A stretch of DNA of 63,788 bases, counting the filler, from Reclinomonas americana ATCC 50394 (lineage: Eukaryota): NCBI GenBank assembly GCA_048213135.1. It is 5 parts of 4 records of this genome, joined end to end, with 100 filler letters (N's around TTAATTAATTAA, not from the genome) between each part and the next. Parts side by side here need not be neighbours in the genome. Positions count along the whole stretch, not along the records: positions 38,458 to 59,895 come from PS015221.1; 4 more parts are not named here. One strand, given 5' to 3'. The position numbers and the translations under genes were made by a program. The number at the start of each line of letters is the position of its first letter. The stretch's first letter is position 1. The notes below the pieces were generated by a model. The model had not been told where the DNA came from. It made no database searches and was given only the letters and a program-made list of their open reading frames with translations. Positions 38,458-48,775 of the stretch are shown here, piece by piece.

Positions 38458-38885
38458 TACGCCGTCGTGGGGCACGGCGGCCGACATTTGGTCGCTGGCC
38501 ATTACGCTGGCCGAGTGCGTGCTCGGATTCCACCCGCTGAACCCGAATGGCGCTGGTGCGTTTGTGTCGTCGTCTTGCTTATGCAGCATCGCACAGCAAC
38601 GAAGCTGATCTAGTATCTGTGTATGTGCACACAGATCTGACGCCATTCGTGTGGATGACGCGCATCTGCGACAACGGATCGGTGCTCGGCAGCTGCAGCC
38701 AGCTGCTGTCGCCGATGTTTTGCGATTTTCTGCACAAGTGCCTGCAGTTGAATCCGGACGATCGGCTGTCGGCCACGCAGCTGCTGCGCCACCCGTTTGT
38801 GGCGGCTGCCGACAGGAACTGCGGTGTGTTGCGCCAGCTGCTGGCCACGGCGCCGACGCAGGCGTGCTCCTTTGCCGCCGATTGA
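38458..38885 (+). CDS. Protein kinase C-lobe fragment (MAP2K/STE7-like)
   Basis: AADIWSLAITLAECVLGFHP..SPMFCDFLHKCLQLNPDDRLSATQLLRHPF. Confidence 0.8.
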
Positions 38886-39227
38886 ACCGAGCCACAAGAG
38901 GTGATGACTGGAAACTGGAATCTGGTGCATTGACGAGAAAAACGTCAAGCGTCCGCGTGCTACCGGCTGCAAGTCCGTCGTGTCCACCGAGACATTGTGC
39001 CGTCGACTGCGCCGTGCGGCGCCTGCTAGTCATGTGCGATCAGCAGTGCGAGCGGAATCAGAATGAGAGAGAGAAAGAACAGCGATTTTGTGAGAAGCAG
39101 AAGAGAGCAGAGTGTCAGCGAGTAATAAGTGACAGAAGTAGGTTTTTTTGGGTCGTGAGTAACGTAATAATAAGAGCGACATAATTTTTGGCCTTACATG
39201 AAGTGGTATTGGTGGTGGTGAATGTCT

Positions 39228-42132
39228 TCAAGGCGACGTGGAAAAGATCGGCCGAATGTCGACCGGAATGCCGAGCGTGGTGGCCTTGTCGAGCACCGCC
39301 TGCATCTCAGGCCGCACAGAGCCGCGTGAGTCCAACAGGGAACGCGCCAGCGCGACATTGCCTTGCGCTTGCATCGTCAACAGCGTGGTCGTCAGGTCGG
39401 CGACGCAGCCCTCAATCTGTGCACCAAACCCCTTGAGTTTCATCACTCACGCACGATTCCCTTGCAATGGTACGTACCTTGCTAAAGTCGACATAGTACA
39501 TCTGCACACATATCGACGAATCAGTGTCATTTTCAAAGAGAGAGAGAGAGAGAGGCAGCGCCACGCAACCGATGCCGATGAGTCGTACACAAAACCGCCG
39601 CACTCGACAAACGAGTTGAATGACAGCGCCACGGCTCGTGCATGCGCCTCGTTGGTGCCGAAGCGCACCGACCGGAAGGCGCTCGCCAAAAAGGTGACGT
39701 ACAGCGACTTGACCTGGTCGGCGGTGAGGGTGATAAAGTTGTTGTCGTTGAGCAGCACGAGCATCCACAGGGCGGACACATCTGCAGCAGCAGCAGAGGT
39801 GAGGGATTTTGATCTCACAGTCGACAGCAGACTGGAGCACTCACCAGCCTTGGCCTCCTCAATCGGCGAGTACAACGCTTGGAACACCAAGCGGACTGTC
39901 GTGTGCATGCCATTAATCTGCACGCCACCTCAATCGTGAGCTGTGGAAGCGACACATGCGAAAAAATTGGAGTCACGCACCGTGATGTTGTGTGGTCCCA
40001 GTCCGTGCATGAGCTCGTGAGCCAGAATGTGCGTGAAAAAGGCATCGAAAGACACCATGGAGCGCTGATCATCACGCACACCGAGTCTGTGGACGCAGTC
40101 AGTGAGACACAGCAGCCGTGAGACATCATCGCGCGGTTGATCACAAGCGCAACTCGGCGAGTCGCAGCAGAATGCGATCGTATTTGCCGCGCTGCACGTT
40201 CTTCAGCAGTGTGCGCTTGCTGCCCTCTGCATCCAACACACACAAGCGTGATGATGAGCAACGCAGTCTTCATATCAATCAGCAGCGAATTAGCCGCACC
40301 TTGCTCCACGACACGCGGATCATTCGGCAGGTTGAAGGCGGCACTCTGCACACGCCAGAGGTGAGTATCTCTTTCTCTCTTCCCACTCTTCTCACACACA
40401 AGAGCCAACACACCTGCACACCAGGCGCTGCCTCTCTGCATGTAAAGAAGAGCAGGATGAGTCACAAGAATGCGAGAAAGCCCTACTGCACGTCTACGCA
40501 CCCTCCATTGTACACCTCGTTCACGGCGACGAGCACGGCGGCCTTGCCGAGTTGCGGGTTGCGGTAGGCGGGGTTGATGGGCAGATTATCCTCCACAAAC
40601 TGCAGGTGCTGCGTGAATGTCTGCAGTTGCTGCGTCGACTCGGGATCCTGCGCGAGCACAGTCGTCAGTGACATCACACTCAGCCGACACGCCGCCGCGT
40701 ACACACGCACCTTGATGGTCACGTATGCCTCGAAGGCGGCCTTCAGACCCAACAAGTTGTCCTCGTAGGTCTCATACGGTCCAATCGTGACCTCGATCGG
40801 CGAATCCAGCTGCATCCACAACACCTGCGCTCGGCGAAAAGCAATCATCATCAGCATCTGGTTGCCACTTCTCTCTTTCCCACATGCAGCAACAACACGA
40901 AACGTCGCTGGCAAAGTAGTCCTGCGCAGGGTCGAGGAAGGCGGCGGCGCGAGACTGCAGGAAGCTGTGGTACGAAGTGAGTGTAAGAGGGGAGAAGGAA
41001 AAAAAGAGACTTGCTTCACACGAACTTTTTCAGCGACTGGTTCGTCGTCGCCTGCGCAGCGGCCTGCATTTCAGTGGCCGCGGCTTGCAGTTGCGTGGCG
41101 TACGCCGTCGAGTACGGCACCGACATGAGCTCTGGGTGCACGCACACACGTGAGCAGCGACGCATCCGGCAAGGAAAGACATTTCCTCAGCCTCGCAACT
41201 TCCTTGCGCATCTCGACGAATGACAGTGAAGAAGCTCTCGGCCTGATCGCGATCCGCCGGCGACAAGCTCGCCGTCCACGTCTCGAACCTGCACGGTCAT
41301 CCACAATCAGCTTTACGCGCGCGATGCCAGCACCACCAGAGCGAGAGAGAGATGCGCATACTCACTCCTGCTTGCTCATGTCGAGCGGATAAAAGCCGGC
41401 GCCTGGCGGCTTCTCCCCGACGCCCGCGACAAACGCATGCTCATCGTCAAGCCGCGACCACGGACCAGCATTCAGCTCAAACGCGCCCAACTGCTGCACC
41501 GGGCACTCGGTAGTGTTCTGCGCCGCCGCCATTTGCAGCGCCGTCTGCGTCGCCTCATTGTTGACCCACACCTGCTCGAGATAGATTGGATTCATCTGCT
41601 GCGCAGCGCGCACCAAATGCTGCAACGCCGTGCGCTCACTCTGCGGCAACGCCGTCGTGTCGGCCGTCATCGCCACCGTGACAAACGCCCTCAGATCCGA
41701 GTCTGCATTGCGCGCCACATAACAAGTGAATCATCCCAGCTGCAGTCAGTCGATTGCCTCGTCACGCAACTTGCAATGGTGCACTCGGTAGATGGTCCCA
41801 CTGGCGTCGAGTTATCACCGCTCTTCTTGCGCGGTAACACCAGCAGCACAATCACCGCCGTGACCAGCACACCAATCACCACGGCACTGATAATCACAAA
41901 GCGACGATTGCCGCGCGAGATCCACGTGCCTCCGGAACCATCGCTCTCACCAGTGGTCGGCGTGCGACTCGGCGACGATGCCTCCGAGCCCGTGTCGGAG
42001 AACGAGGCACCGAGAAAGCGTTTGGTGTCGCCCACCACCTGCACACTGTGTGTGTAAGCAAGCAGGCAGGCGAGAGTGGCAAAGGGCACGCACCTTCTTG
42101 CCAATCACGTTGGCCGCGAACGAGCTTGCCAT
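39228..42132 (-). CDS. Peptidase M49 / DPP III-like (plant NUDT3-type catalytic domain) with N-terminal TM anchor
   Basis: NAGPWSRLD; KPPGAGFYPLDMSK; VTIGPYETYEDNLLGLKAAFEAY; SAAFNLPND; FFTHILAHELMHGLGPH (40005-40019); SPIEEAKA; FRSVRFG..EAH; IPVDIRPIF. Confidence 0.92.
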
Positions 42133-42227
42133 CCTGCAAGAGAGTGCGAATGCTATTTGTCACCTCGCAGCGCGAGCTGTCAACTCCTCTATCACTCTCT
42201 TTCTCTCACGCGCACCGACGCACACAC

Positions 42228-44229
42228 ATGGTGGACATTGACGTGAGCTGGGTCATCACCACCAGCGTGGTGGCCATTGCACTGTACGCGCTGCTCTCAT
42301 GGCTGTGGCGCTTCATCAGTGACCCATTTGGCACCTCCTCCTCTTCATCCTCCTCCATATTCTCGTGGTCATCCGCCAAGGATGACGAGGACGTCTACTC
42401 CGCAGCAGTCGACTCCTCATTATCTGCATCTTCATTGTCGTCTTCATCCGGTGGTGCATTGTCTTCGTCTGTGCGAGGCAGCAACTGGTCATTAGTGCCG
42501 TCGTTGGACGCGGTTGGTGGTGGCGGAGGTGGTTCGTTGGCACTGGCAGGTGCCTTTGGGCAAGGCCCCTCGTCGGTCGCCTCGGCTTCGGCGGCTGGAG
42601 GCGGCGCAGCTGCTGCGGCGGCCTCCTATGCGCGTCTGCCTTCCTCTTCCTCCTCTTCTGCTGTCAGTGGATCACCGCTGGTGGAGCGTCGAGTGTGGGG
42701 CGTGGAGGTTAGCCTTGTTCTTCTGCTTCGTTGCTGGTGCGATTCGGCGCTCATTTCGCTTTGGAGTCACAGCCGCGCAAGGAGAGCGGCGAATTGCCGC
42801 TTGGTGTGTTTGCGCTGCAGGAGTTGGAGGCGAGTGAGGATGCTCGTGGCTTGCTCCGGCGACAGATTCGTGACAAGGGGTATGCGCGATGTGTGTGTGA
42901 GAGAGAGAGAGGTTCCGCAGCAAGGTGTCCTCACAGCTCCGTCTGTGATGCAGGTGTGCTCGGCTGCGTGTCGCCAACTGCGGAGGCGCGTATGAGGCGT
43001 CGTTGAATGCGGTGATGGAGTTCATGTCGTTGTGCACCGAGGGCGAGAAGCGGGAGCTGGCCATGCGAGTGTCGGTGGAGGGCGCTGAGTTGCCGTGTGG
43101 CCACGCGGCTGATGGGACGCTGGAGTGGTTGATTGTTGCGTCGGTGTTGTCTGTGCCCCTTTTTGCTGTCTGCGGCTCATGCGTGGGTGCGCGCAGACGC
43201 GACGGGAGCACGACGGCAACGTGTGTCCGCAGTGGCACACGGAGGCCCGACAACGTGTTGATGAGACGCTGGCCGCCGACGCTCTGGAGGCCTCCACCGC
43301 CATGTACACCATGATGGACTCGCTGGCGCGGTTTGTCATGCGGTGCCTCGTGCTGCCGGTGAGTGGGAGGAGAGGAGGGAGAGGGAGAGGGAAAACCAGT
43401 GTCTCACCTGGTCTGACAGGAGGAGATTGAGCCATTTTTGGAGCCCGCGCGACCGGTTGAGCCGGAGGAGGCCACGGCCTCGTTCCAGCGGGTGGTGTTG
43501 CGTACTTTACTTGTCTGACGATTGTTTGTCTTCTGTGTTGCTCACCCCACGGATGCAGGTGGTCGAATCTAATCAACCACTCGAAGCGTGTCGGATTGAC
43601 CGGTGAGCGACACGCCCAGCTTTCCTGTCGCCTGCATACAGTTGTTGTCTTATGTCGTGGGAACACAGAGACAACCGGTGCGGAATTCGGCATTCCTGGC
43701 CTCTGTTCGGTGGCATTCATCGGTTCCGGAGCCTGCCTCGAGTCGCGCGGCGGCCTGTCCACGGTTTGCACACAAGCTTCTTGCGCGCTGTGCTGACGAA
43801 CGATAGAAAGCTAATCGCGGCTATATCGCAGCGCGTCCAAGTCGACCACCACGAGCCCGTAGAGCTGTGCGTGTTTGTCGGCCGCCAGTTGGAAAACATG
43901 ACGGATCGTCGCTATCGCAGCGCCATCGTGCGCGAGGTCTGTGTGTGTGTGTGTGTGCGTGCGCGCTGTCTCCGCACACGGTGGAGAGTGCTGACCCTTG
44001 TGGATTGATGCAGGTCTTCTCGACCGATCCACATGCGGCGCGCGCCATCACCTGGTACAACTTGTGGATGAGTCCCGAGTTCGATCTGCAGACGCAGGAA
44101 CGGGAGCGCGTCTTTACCTTTACATCGCCCGCGCACGGTTCGTCCCAACTGCGTTTTATTTGTTTGTGTGTTTTCTTGGCCTCACGACGAGCCGATGCAG
44201 CGTCGAGTGGTTCTCTGCGCGACCGACGG
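42228..44229 (+). CDS. Degenerate IPNS-like 2OG-Fe(II) oxygenase-fold protein with N-terminal TM; 3' end in gap
   Basis: TM VSWVITTSVVAIALYALLSWLW; LRRQIRDKG; GEKRELA; SFQRVVW..GAEFGIPGLCSVAFIG..CLE; LCVFVGRQLENMTDRRYRSA follow the DIOX_N/2OG-FeII_Oxy motif order. Confidence 0.55.
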
Positions 44230-44514
44230 NNNNNNNNNNNNNNNNNNNNNNNNNNNNNNNNNNNNNNNNNNNNNNNNNNNNNNNNNNNNNNNNNNNNNNN
44301 NNNNNNNNNNNNNNNNNNNNNNNNNNNNNNNNNNNNNNNNNNNNNNNNNNNNNNNNNNNNNNNNNNNNNNNNNNNNNNNNNNNNNNNNNNNNNNNNNNNN
44401 NNNNNNNNNNNNNNNNNNNNNNNNNNNNNNNNNNNNNNNNNNNNNNNNNNNNNNNNNNNNNNTGTCTCCCGTGAGAGAGACAGGCGATTCGTTGATTTGA
44501 TTGCATATGCGCAG

Positions 44515-45912
44515 AGTGTCAGTGTGACAGAGTTGCAGCAGTGTTACGACGCGGTGTTCTTGGCGTATGGGGCGCAGCGTGATCGGCTGCTGAGGATCCC
44601 GGGAGAGGAGGTGCGGGGAGTGGCCAGTGCACGGGCGTTTGTGGAATGGTGATGCTCGTCTGCGTTGTCGTCGAAGTGAACAGCGCGCGCTCACATCCAA
44701 GCAGGTACAACGCGTTGCCGGATGCCACCACGTCGATGCCGCTCGACTGGCCACGCGTGCTCCACGAGAGCCGACGTGCGGTGGTCATTGGGCAAGGCAA
44801 TGTGGCGGTGGATGTCACGCGGCTGCTGGCGCACACGCCGGAGGCGATTCGTGGCACGGATATCGCGGCGCATGCGGTGGAGGCGCTGTCGCGCTCCAAC
44901 ATTCGGCATGTGACCATGGTTGGGCGACGCGGGCCACTGCAGGCGGCGTTCTCGTTGGCGGAAGTTCGTGAGCTCACCAAGTTGGTTTGTTGTCGGCCGC
45001 ACACGCCCCCTCTGTTCGGGACGTCTTCTCAATTGTCGCGCAGGATCGCGGTCGAGTGCGCGTGCGTCGGAGTCAAGTGGAGAGCGCGATGGAATTCGAA
45101 CGAGTAGCGGCGGCGGCCTCACGCACGCCGGAATCACTGCAGCATCGTCGTCATCGTGAGCGACTGATGGCGCTGCTGAAGCCGTGTGTGGTGGACGATG
45201 TGCTATGGGATGGCGAAATGCAGCAGCTGCAGCGCGACGGCATGGTGGTGATCGAGCTGGCCTTTCAAATGCAGCCGGTGCGTGTTCTCGAAAGCGTGTC
45301 GGCGAGCACGGAGAGCCGGGTGAGTGGTGTTGAATTCGAGCGCACCTACCTGACACTGGACCCGACGAGCATGGAGTGCACGGCGCGTGGAACAGGCGAG
45401 CACGTGACGGTGCCTTGCGAATTCGTGCTGCGCAGCATCGGCTACCAGTCGGTGCCGCTGGCCGGCATTCCGTTTGACTCGCGCAAGTACATTGTGGAGA
45501 ACGAGTTGGGCCGTGTGCGCGGCCTGGATGGCGTCTACGTGGCGGGCTGGTTGAAACGCGGTCCGTCGGGTGTCATTGGCACGAATCGCGACGATGCTCT
45601 GGAGTCGGTGACCACGTGTCTGGCCGACTTGGAAAAGGCGGGGAACGGGGCCGCGGAGAAGGGCGGTCACGAATGTCTGCAGCAGCTGCTGCGCGCCAAG
45701 GTCCGTTCGTCGCCGGGTGCATGCGCATGAGTGCCACATCTCACTCACTCCTGCTGTAGAGCATAAGACCGGTGTCGTGGGACGAGGCGTGCCTGATCAT
45801 GGGCGAAGAAGAGCGCCGCGGCGCACAACGCGGCAAGGTGGGCGAAAAGTTTCTGAGCGTGGCCGACATGCTCGCCCTGCTCGATGAGAAGAGCAAGAAG
45901 AAAAGTACATGA
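44515..45912 (+). CDS. FDXR: NADPH:adrenodoxin oxidoreductase (N-terminus in gap)
   Basis: YDAVFLAYGA..IPGE..SARAFVEW|YN; VVIGQGNVAVDVTR; TDI; VGRRGPLQAAF; LRSIGYQS; YVAGWLKRGPSGVIGTN; EKF. Confidence 0.95.
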
Positions 45913-45974
45913 GTAGAGTTGTCTTTCGTCGCCGTCGCAGGACTTCATTTTTCAATCACATCATCGTGTGAGCA

Positions 45975-46423
45975 ATGGTGGTGCGTGCATACGCTCTATG
46001 CTGTCCCCCACACGTGCGCTCCACTCACTCTCCCTCTCTCTCTCACACACACACACACCAGTTCGCGCTTCTCAACTTTGACGTGGTGCTCACGGTGGTG
46101 CTGCTCTTCATCTGCACATGCACCTACATCAAGCCATACGCACAGTCCTACGTTGCGCATGCTCTCTCTGTGCGCACCACTGTCTCTCTCTCACACACAC
46201 ACATGCTGGCCAACAGAGGATGTTTGCGCAGTACTTTGACCCACAGAAGAAGGGGTGAGCACCAACTCGCGCGCGCGCAAAATCGTCACCACTGAGCTCA
46301 CTCGCCACACGCACGCACAGCTTCTCGAGCATGGTCTACAAGGCCACAGTGGTGGGCAACCGCCTCAGTCCCGTGGTCTCCATTGGCTGCATTCTCATGG
46401 GCCTGCGACTCCTCTTTGCATAA
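45975..46423 (+). CDS. TMEM167: Protein Kish (TMEM167), 4 exons
   Basis: MV|FALLNFDVVLTVVLLFICTCTYIKPYAQSY|YFDPQKKG|FSSMVYKATVVGNRLSPVVSIGCILMGLRLLFA*. Confidence 0.92.
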
Positions 46424-46473
46424 GAATGAACGCACACACGTGGAGAGAACGTATACTAGTTACACAGGTATCA

Positions 46474-47268
46474 TCAAAAGGGCGTCTTTGCAGCGGAAGC
46501 AGAGGATCGCCCACGCATGGACGAGGGCGAGATACCGGCGGCGGCGAGTGCATCGGCCACGCGCTCGCGCCGCGACACCTCCTTCTCCGTCGGCTTCAGC
46601 AGCGTCATCTCGCGCACGTCTGGGCGCGACCAGCCCGACTGGTACCCGCGCCACCCGTTCGCCGCACCCGAGATCAGCGCCAGCCCGCCCAGTGCCATGT
46701 AGATCAACAGAAACACGCGGCCCCACCAGCCTAGCAAGTCAATAGTTAAGTCAGTTACTCGATCGAAGGGTGGAGTGAGTGGGTGGCAGTGTACAGTACC
46801 CATGTTGTTCTTGTCGGTGCTGAAGAAGAACTCCCAGCGCAACGCGAGCAGCACGTAGCCGGTGATGCTGGCGGCGACGGCGAACATGAGGACGATGTTG
46901 GAGAACATGGTCGGTCGTCGCTGTGAGTAAGGGTGAGCACACAATGATCACACACGCAAGAGGCGCATGCGTTGTAGTACCTGCACTCTCCACAGGAGCG
47001 CCAGCAGGAACATGAGGAGGCCGCAACCGACAAAGACCCACACAGTGGCGAAGCCGAGAGCTGTGTCAAGGAGTGTGAGAGGCTGGCAGAGAGCGTGTGT
47101 GTGTGTGTGAGTGTGTTACGTACTGTTTGTGCGCAGAGTTTGGAACTGGATGAGAGGCGCGATGACGCCTCCCCAGTGCAAGAGACCCGAGATGAAGAAC
47201 GTGGTGAGGTACATGCGAGAGCGAAACGGGTGCGTTCGCACCACCTTGCCGCTTTTTGTTACTTCCAT
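46474..47268 (-). CDS. Small 4-TM membrane protein of unknown function
   Basis: ATG at 47268 with an in-frame upstream stop; hydrophobic exons YLTTFFISGLLHWGGVIAPLI, LGFATVWVFVGCGLLMFLLALLW, IVLMFAVAASITGYVLLAL, VFLLIYMALGGLALISG. Confidence 0.7.
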
Positions 47269-47651
47269 TGCTTCTTCTTCTTTTTTTCACTGGTGTTGCT
47301 TGCTGATGGCGTGAGCGAGCGAGCGAGAGAGCGAGAGCAAGTGAGTACGCGGAAGAATTTTGGTGTCCGGTGCGTCGATATCGGCGACGTTCTCCTGTAC
47401 ACGCCCGGTGTCAAGCCGATGCAGCGCATTGTGTAAGGCGATGGTGTGCGCGACGCGGTCCTTCTGTGCCCGAGAAAGAGCATGAGCGACAGTGACGCGA
47501 AGTCATCAAAAATCATGCTCTTTTGCTCTCTCTCGCCTTGTCGTTGCCTTGCGTGCGTGTCACAGAGCTTCTACTGCACATAAGGAGGCGTTGATTGTGG
47601 GCGTGAAACAATCGCTGTCTGTCCGGCCACGCGCGGACAACATTCAAAATC

Positions 47652-48641
47652 ATGACTGGCACGGAGAACGCACCGTCTCGTCGTGTGGTGGCGCGTGTGA
47701 TTGGCGTCTGCGGTGGCATGGGTGCGCCTTCTCTCTCCTCTCCTTCTCTCCATCGCTGTGACTCATGCATGCCTGTGTGTGTGTGTGACAAGGCGCGGGC
47801 AAGGAGGAGGTTCTGAACTTTTTCCGCGCGCGTGGCTACATGGCATTCTCGCTCAGCAACGTGCTGCGTGCTCGCATTGCCGCTCGTCTTGGCCCCGATG
47901 CAGTCACTCGGTGCGCATTTTGCATTTTGCATGCACGACTTGCATGTCATTGACTGACCAGACTCCTCTCCCAGTGACAACCTGCGCAAGGAGGGCAACG
48001 AGCTGCGCACACAGTACGGACCTGGTGCGCTCGGCGTCAAGGCCGTCGACTACATCCAGGCCGAGGAGCAGCAGGTGAGCAGCACTGGGTCTCCCTGCCC
48101 ACATGTTCCGCGTTCCAGTCGCTCACTCGGTGACTGGGTGAGCAGAAGCACCCCGCCGGCTTCATCATTGACTCGATCCGCCACCCCGACGAAGTCCGCG
48201 CTCTCCGTGCCGCCATTCCCCAGTTCCGCTTGATTGCTCTCGATGCACCCATGGCTGTTGCGTTGGCGCGTCACTCTCTCTTATCTTTTCCACACGGCTC
48301 TGTTGTTATTGTCGGGTGTGACCCGCATGACAGCAGTGGTAGCAAGCGGAAGAGGCCGTACAGTCAACGCAGGCACAGAAACACAGCTGACTGTTCGCTC
48401 ACTCTCCCTTTACCAGCTGCGTTTCCAGCGCTGTGAGAAGCGTGCCCGCGAGGCCGATCCCACCGCAACACTGCTTACGTTCTTGGAGGCTGACGATCGC
48501 GAGTCGTATGGAGAGGGCGCCGGACAGCGTGTCCGCGAAACCATGGCCCTGGCCGACGCTTACATTATCAACGCCACGACCCTGCAGGATTTGCATGCCA
48601 AGCTGGAGAACCTCGTCCGTGAGTGGGAGAAGCAGCAGTAG
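47652..48641 (+). CDS. UPF0200-like / dephospho-CoA-kinase-fold P-loop kinase
   Basis: VIGVCGGMG|AGKEEV..FSLSNVLR..TR|DNLRKEGNELRTQYGPGAL..FIIDSIRHPDEVRAL..IALDAP..|LRFQRCEKRAREAD..FLEADDRE..MALADAYIIN..TLQDLHAKL; 5 exons. Confidence 0.8.
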
Positions 48642-48775
48642 GAAGGCAAGGAAGAAGAAGACACGGTGAGATGATACCACTCTCTCACTGCATCACCCCC
48701 TCCCTGCGTGGGAGGAGTACACAGACACTTTTTAAAAATGATGTGCAAAATTTTTTATCGTCCATCGTGATTGCA

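Noticed and set aside
44230-44515. Fusion of the 2OG-like protein with FDXR
   Set aside because: The ORF is only continuous through Ns; the FDXR N-terminus is missing, so the gap is probably under-sized.
46141-46236. GT-AC intron in Kish (TAC on both sides of the junction)
   Set aside because: GT-AG splicing keeps the frame and adds just one Tyr, so a non-canonical end is not needed.
47340-47470. snRNA suggested by Sm-like AATTTTGG
   Set aside because: No recognisable U1/U2/U4/U5 elements nearby.
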